From the NCBI GenBank assembly GCA_963693365.1, contig CAVNZM010000001.1:16363840-16427839 (forward strand): a DNA stretch of 64,000 bases. Reading direction: 5' to 3'. Under the pieces are notes generated by a model that was not told where the DNA came from, searched no databases, and saw only the letters and a list, made by a program, of their open reading frames with translations. The DNA comes from Amoebidium appalachense (lineage: Eukaryota > Protista > Ichthyosporea). A program made the position numbers and the translations under genes. Below are positions 39,408 to 64,000 of the stretch, piece after piece (within the stretch, counting starts at the first letter, position 1; every line of letters begins with the position of its first letter).

Positions 39408-40548
39408 ATTGGTTGGGGTCCGAAATTGGCCAAAAAATTTTATTGCGGCAATCGACGCGTCTCGTCGAGCTGGTTCGAGCCACCGTTTCGGATTTTTTTT
39501 TGGATTTTTTTTTTTTTTTTTTTTTTTTTTCGCGAAAAGTTTTTTGCGCGCTATAGAGACTAAGGCCCATAGTCACATGGGACCGACACGTAGTAGAGGA
39601 ACCATGAGCGTTAAGTTATAGTTTTATCATGGGAAAATATGCAAGTAGCCGTGAGGTATGACTGTGGAATGCATCGCTAGTCAAGTACTGTCACCCGATT
39701 GGCTCACTAAGTTTATTGGAACCGTGATAGCCATGGGACAGAACCGTGAACCGTATGTGATTGGCTCTCGTAGCCAAAAGGACATACCGATGCGCATGTC
39801 TGAGCCGCTGTGCGAGCTCCGATATAAGGGCATGTCGGGGGCTTCAGAGCTCACTCAGTGTGCTCGGCTTACTAGGTGTAAGTAGGACTAGCACGTAACT
39901 TAGCATATTGTTTGTCACGGACACACGATCATTATATACAACAGTACTATGATGTAATATATACCTTCTACGAGAAGACACACTTTGTTTTTCGTAATTT
40001 TCGACCCTTCGCACCGATCAGAACCCCATCAAACCTATATTCACTAGAAAGCTAATTTCTTCCTCTATCGAGTGATATCATTTGTTCTTTAGCGACGCGC
40101 AAATAGAATTTTTTATTATGATACATGTGTTATTTCACGTGTTTTCGATTTTCACGAGATGACGATTGAATTGGAATTTTGAAGTTGACCAATCATAAAA
40201 TCGGTTTGGTCTTAGATCAAACTATAACATTTAAAGGATTGCTAACAATTGGATATTAAAGTTAGGTCAATCGATGCCGATCGAGCTTTAAATTTGTGTG
40301 CCCGTGTGTCTTCTCGCCGGAAGGTAGATATTTAAAAAAAACAAATAGTATCGGGGGTGCACATGTCATGTGCATGTGTTTCCATTTCCCGGATGATTTC
40401 CGGATTGGCCGGAGGGAGCAGCCAATCACTGGCAAGTGCAATCATTATTTGAGCACTCGATCGCGAGCGCTTACCAGTGGTGGCTGGCCCCCCTTGACCA
40501 CCCCCCCCCCCCGGCAACCACACACACACACGCACACATATGTACATG

Positions 40549-40579
<31 letters not shown>

Positions 40580-40718
40580 ACACAACAATCAAACGGTGCC
40601 CAAAGGTCCCCAAATCATCAATTTTGAGCGTAAAAACGTGCTTCAAAATCCTCATTTTTTTTACCTAGTCCTGAGTTAAAAAAAAAAAAAAAAAAAATTA
40701 CGGGAAACGGAAGACTGA

Positions 40719-40749
<31 letters not shown>

Positions 40750-41306
40750 AAGGCGGTACCGTAGTGGCGCAACAGGTTGCAGTGTCCTTGATTGGACACA
40801 CCGTAAGATACATACATGTTACGTATGCATGGCATACAACACAACTGTTAATGCTCCAAGAATAATAATGTGTGTGCGCTGCACTGATAGTGTGTGTGGT
40901 CATTTTTTCTGCATTTGTCTGTGGATGGTGGGTGGAACGGTGGGCACGTTGGTGGTATGTCCATATGTCAGAATGGGCCGGTGGCGTAGTGTTGTATTGG
41001 CGGAGGCTAGGAGGACATGGGTGAAGGGGACTGGGGGAGTAATTGATCAAAGCTTCTACAGAGAGGGGAGGCCTGGCCGAAAAGTAGGGATGACACACAC
41101 ACTTGCTAATCCATGCAGGACCGCCCAGGTGGTTTTGTGGAGACTGCACCATAATCAACTTTAATACCGGGCAGAAAGGGATATGTCTCTGAGTCTTTCA
41201 GTTTGGATGTCGCAAGCATTATCGTATCATTTGTCATTTTGGGGTATGCCTAGCTATTATGAATTCGACGGGAGTGTGTGTGTGTGTGTGTGTGTGTGTC
41301 TGTGTC

Positions 41307-41342
<36 letters not shown>

Positions 41343-42037
41343 CTGTGCACGTGTCTGTTTGTGTGTGTGTGTGTGTGTGTTATTTTAAACCCTTTGCAGC
41401 CACAATACTGATTACTAATGCATGCAGCATTACGGGAAGGTGGGTGGGCACTGGCGCCGATATCACGTCTTAACAATGCCACAGGCGTTTCCGTCACTGG
41501 GCACGCCGTCTGAGTGCACCAATCCTGAAGAGGAAGAGGGGATGGCGAGCCACAGGGGGGGGGGGGGGGGGGGGGGCAAAAATAAATACATAAATCAATA
41601 AAATAAAATAAAAAGGGGGGGAGAGTGAGGGGGTTTCCTTAGGCTGGCAGTCTGGAAAGACTCAGGAGATCTGTTAATATGTTTTGCAAAATGTGACATT
41701 GATGGGAGCTGGTCGTTAATTAGTGTCTCCATGCATGACCAATCTCCATCCAAAAAACACTGGCCAGATCTGTCATTACTAAGGCACTGTACTACTAACA
41801 ATTGATAATATAGCACATAATCCATTATCAGAGCGGATGTTGAAAGATCTAGAAGTAAAGACGAGAGGGAAGGCTTGAAAAAACGAACGGATTGGACTAG
41901 TTAGCATGACAGTTGAACAATCTAGCTCGGCAACTTTGAAGTGAAATGGTTACATAAAGGGGCAGTGTAAATGTGTGTTTCTTTCTTTTTGTTTTTTCTC
42001 TTTTGTTTTTTTTTGTGTGTGTGTGACTGTGTGTGTG

Positions 42038-43587
42038 GACGGCAAATATAGACCCCACCACACCCCCTCGACGCAAGCTAAAGTTCCCCCACATAGTGGA
42101 ATGGGCTCACGTACGAGACCAACTCTCTCTCCGGCAACCAGGCTCTGTACAGGTATCGTGGGTGAAGGGGCACCAATCCAACACCAAACGGTACGGTCAA
42201 CGGAATAACGAGGCAGACAAGGCAGCCAATGCAGGAAGAGTCCTCCCCCCCCCCCCCCCCCCCCCCCCTACCTCCGGCCCCGGGGGGGGGGGGGAAATAC
42301 TTCCTACGACTACAAGGCCACCGTATCCCCGGCAACATTCCCGGTACACTGAACCGGTTGAACAAGGACTTCCTCACCGACATGGCCGGCAAGACCAAGG
42401 CTATGTCCATACTAGCCGACCCCAGACTGCTCCCAGCCGAACGGAACCCCCTCAAGCTCAACAAGGGGCCCACACAGGCAACCATCGGGGCAGTCAGAGG
42501 AAACACTCGTAGCCTGTCCCTGGCCATGGGCACCCTGCCTACCATGGCACGGCTACACCGAGATCACCCCACCGTCGTTACACAGCCCACATGCCCCCGG
42601 TGCAGCCAGCACCCTGAGACCACCACCCACCTCTGGGCCTGCCCGGCCCATGCCGGGGAAGTCCCCACCCTGACCACCGCCATCACAGCCTGCATCCACA
42701 ACGTCCTGCACACTCGTCATCCAAACACCCCCACGGCACAGCACCACCATACGGCAGCCACGGTGGTAGACCAATGTGCATGGATAAACTGGATAGGAGG
42801 CAACGGTGACCCACCTGACCCCGAAGACACCAAGTGGGTCGAACGGGGATTCTGCCCACGATCGGTGGGCCCACTACTTGCAGCCACCGGCACCACCAAG
42901 ACCACCACCCGGGCCATCTTAGGAAAAATCACAGTAGAGTTGCAATCCTTTTTCTTTTCAAAAATTTGGCACCCACGGAACACAACACTCCCCCCCACCC
43001 ACCCTAAAATGCAAAAACACCACCATATACCCACCACCCGTAGAAAGAAAAGTATGGCTCTCCAAAAACCCAAAAAACCAACAAATACACCCCCCACACA
43101 CACCCGGCCGGCCTGTTCTGAATGCCGGAACACCCACAGACCCGGTGTGCCCTGTAAAACCCACCTTTTAGTCCACAAAAACATCGCCACAACATACGTA
43201 CACCAACACATAATGTTAGGCAGCAACCCCCCACCACCACCAACACCACACCCCATCATCCACCCATACCCACCGTAAATATTATACACAACACCTAGGA
43301 CTTCCCAATACTGTAGATCGACCAATGAGAGCCCTCGCGGTTAACGTTTATTGCTAGGTTTTGAATGGAGGGGAGGACTGGAGCCTCCTGCCGGCGTGGC
43401 TGGGGTAGTAGCCCTGGGCAAAGTGTGTACTTATAGTTAGGTTGTGAAGGATGGTTTAGCTTAAGTTAGCTGAACTCATAGATAGCACCTTAACTAGTGT
43501 ACTGTCGGTGCTGTGTGGTAGACGGTAGTTTCCCTAGAGGGCCTGAAAAGGCCCTCCGGGAACAAAACGTGATAAAATAAGAAAAAA
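42038..43587 (+). mobile_element. 5'-truncated LINE encoding RNase H and a C-terminal zinc knuckle, with 16-bp TSD
   Basis: RNase H motif VSWVKGH...NNEADKAA; zf-RVT-like LPT...CPRC...ETTTHLWACP; frameshift within the C/G runs near 42245-42294; A-rich tail at 43572-43587; TSD tgtgactgtgtgtgtg at 42022-42037 and 43588-43603. Confidence 0.9.
43528..43563 (+). other. 3'-terminal stem-loop of the LINE (GAAA tetraloop)
   Basis: gagggcct-GAAA-aggccctc (43537-43556), extended by gtttccc/gggaac, just before the A-rich tail. Confidence 0.75.
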
Positions 43588-43604
43588 TGTGACTGTGTGT
43601 GTGT

Positions 43605-43655
<51 letters not shown>

Positions 43656-44354
43656 GGAAGGGGGCCAGGCAGCTTGGAGAGTTGAAGGAGACCCGAGTTT
43701 CGTGCACGCCATAATTTCAATAAACCAAGTCTTGCAACTTGCACATGATTGGCAGAAGAGACGAGTTCTTACTGAGTCACTCTTCAGGTGTCACGAGCCT
43801 TGTTGTATTTGCCAGCGCTTCACTAATTCATTAATTAGCTAAAGTAATCGGGATTCCAGGCATCGTAAGTTCCACTGCCTCTGGTGAAATCATTCAGCAT
43901 GGCAATCTAGGGTTGAAGATTGCCAGTACAGGGTGACTCTGGTAAGACGACATCTTCCATACTGTTTTCCACCTCTTGTCTCTCCCGTTCCCTTACCCCC
44001 CCCCCCCCCCCCCCCCCTTCCTACCCCCCCCCCCCCCCCCCCCCCCCTTTCCGCCCTGCCGAGTCGAGCCCTCCTTATTCCCCCCCCACCCCCCTTCTCC
44101 TCCCCCTCCCCCACCCCCCTCGGATCCCCCCGCTCTCTTTGACACATACACGTCCATGCACACATGGCCAACCGTTAACACTCATACACACATACGCGCA
44201 CACCCTTGATGTCACAGAAATCACACACCGTATGCGCGGCCAAGCCGACACAGGCAGAGACCAGCTAGGTAGGCATTTGCATACCCACGGAAGTACCCGG
44301 CATGCACACAAATTGAACACACGTCGTCACACACACACACACACACACACACGT

Positions 44355-44439
<85 letters not shown>

Positions 44440-44799
44440 GCACGCACACACACAATTTTGTGAGTGGAGAAAAGAGAGAGAGAACCGTTTGGCCTTTTTT
44501 TTGGGGGGGGGGGGGGAGGGGGAGGGGGGGGAGGGAGAGACTGGGGAGGGAGGGTGCCACACCCCCCGGGCAGGGGAGTCACGAAATTTCCCCCTCGCCG
44601 GCCCCCCCTTCCCCGAACAGAGGGGGGAAGGGGGTATCACCAGGACGGGTCTTGATCCTTTCTCCCACTAGATTAGCCTACGGTCCGACTACGTGTGTGT
44701 CAGTGTGGGCGCGCGCGCGTGTGTGTCTCAGGTGTGTGTGGAGCTGCAGTGTGCGTGCGTGCGTCTCGAGCTCTCACTCTCTCTCTCTCTCTCTCTCTG

Positions 44800-44896
<97 letters not shown>

Positions 44897-45496
44897 CGTG
44901 CGTGCGCGCGCTCTACGGCGTGTCTGTGCGTGTGTGTGTGTGTGCTGTGCGCCACTTACACCCGAGGTTGAACTTGTGTATACACCCGAGGTTCAACTCG
45001 TAAAATCAAACCCTCTGACGTCATTTTTTCCTGCACATGAAGGGCTTTCGTGGTGGTGTGTTAGGGTGTACGCGGGATCTTGTGTACAGACTATCAACGG
45101 ATCGGTTATTTGACTGAAACGGATCGGGTTGCACCGAACAAACACTTGCATGTGTGACTTCAAGACACCACTTGTGCCTTTACTACTGAGGCTCGTGAAA
45201 AATGTTGCATGTTGCCAGCTAAAATTTAGCTGTCAAGCAGTTTTAGCTCCGGAGGATCAATTCCGTGTGCGGATAAAAGCTTCCACTTGTGACACACAAG
45301 GAAGCTGTTCTGAACTGCGGGACGTCCGAACCTGCGACCCATCTGCCTCCTACTTGTTCTCCTTTAACTTTGATACTTTGTTCTAATGGAAAAGTAAGCC
45401 GTAGTCTCTTAGCTGGTACGAAAGCGGAACACAAGAGCCTCCCTAGATTATGCTTATGGCTTAGGTACCCCGCGCCGTCGCACACACAAGTCCATC

Positions 45497-63752
<18,256 letters not shown>

Positions 63753-63961
63753 GTAAGTGCCCCCCTCCCCCCCTCCCCCCCCCCCCCCCCCCCCCCCCCC
63801 CCAACACACACACACACACCCCCACCCAACCCCCCCCACACACATACACACACCACACCCCCCTCCCTCGCCATCCCCCTTTCCGCTTCCACATACAAAA
63901 GACGCATACGCACTCACACGTCTATACATACTAAACGGCCACACGCGCACACACACACACA

Positions 63962-64000
<39 letters not shown>

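Noticed and set aside
37790-40330. Defined DNA transposons in AT-rich blocks
   Set aside because: The sequence looks TE-derived, but no TIR pair, TSD or transposase could be fixed by eye.
43365-43430. HDV-like ribozyme in the LINE 3' UTR
   Set aside because: The nested P1/P2/P3 pseudoknot could not be built; such ribozymes normally lie at element 5' ends.
44957-45000. 24-bp tandem duplication upstream of GON4L (also a 15-bp one at ~6392-6421)
   Set aside because: Two-copy slippage duplications with no further structure.

Overview
Eukaryotic nuclear DNA with spliceosomal GT-AG introns and very dense (CA/TG)n, (GA/TC)n and poly-C/poly-G tracts; most of the supplied ORFs are repeat artefacts. 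Six host genes can be assembled by phase-consistent exon joining: (1) the 3' part of a + strand protein ending in a C-type-lectin-like domain; (2) a 3-exon secreted cupredoxin-fold protein with an ephrin-type cysteine pattern (- strand); (3) a GT25 + GT2/B4GALNT-like glycosyltransferase fusion; (4) an NXPE-like PC-esterase (- strand, probable 1-nt frameshift); (5) an intronless plant-type TBL O-acetyltransferase (- strand); (6) a many-exon GON4L orthologue running off the right end. This gene content suggests a holozoan, possibly a unicellular one (inference only). Intergenic DNA holds non-LTR retrotransposon 3' fragments (one with a 16-bp TSD and a 3' GAAA stem-loop), MITE-like elements, a ~100-bp repeat family always bordered by poly-C, and three 30-45 bp palindromes, each flanked by a perfect 8-bp duplication, that resemble P-element-type excision footprints. 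All homology calls come from motif recognition by eye; no searches were run.
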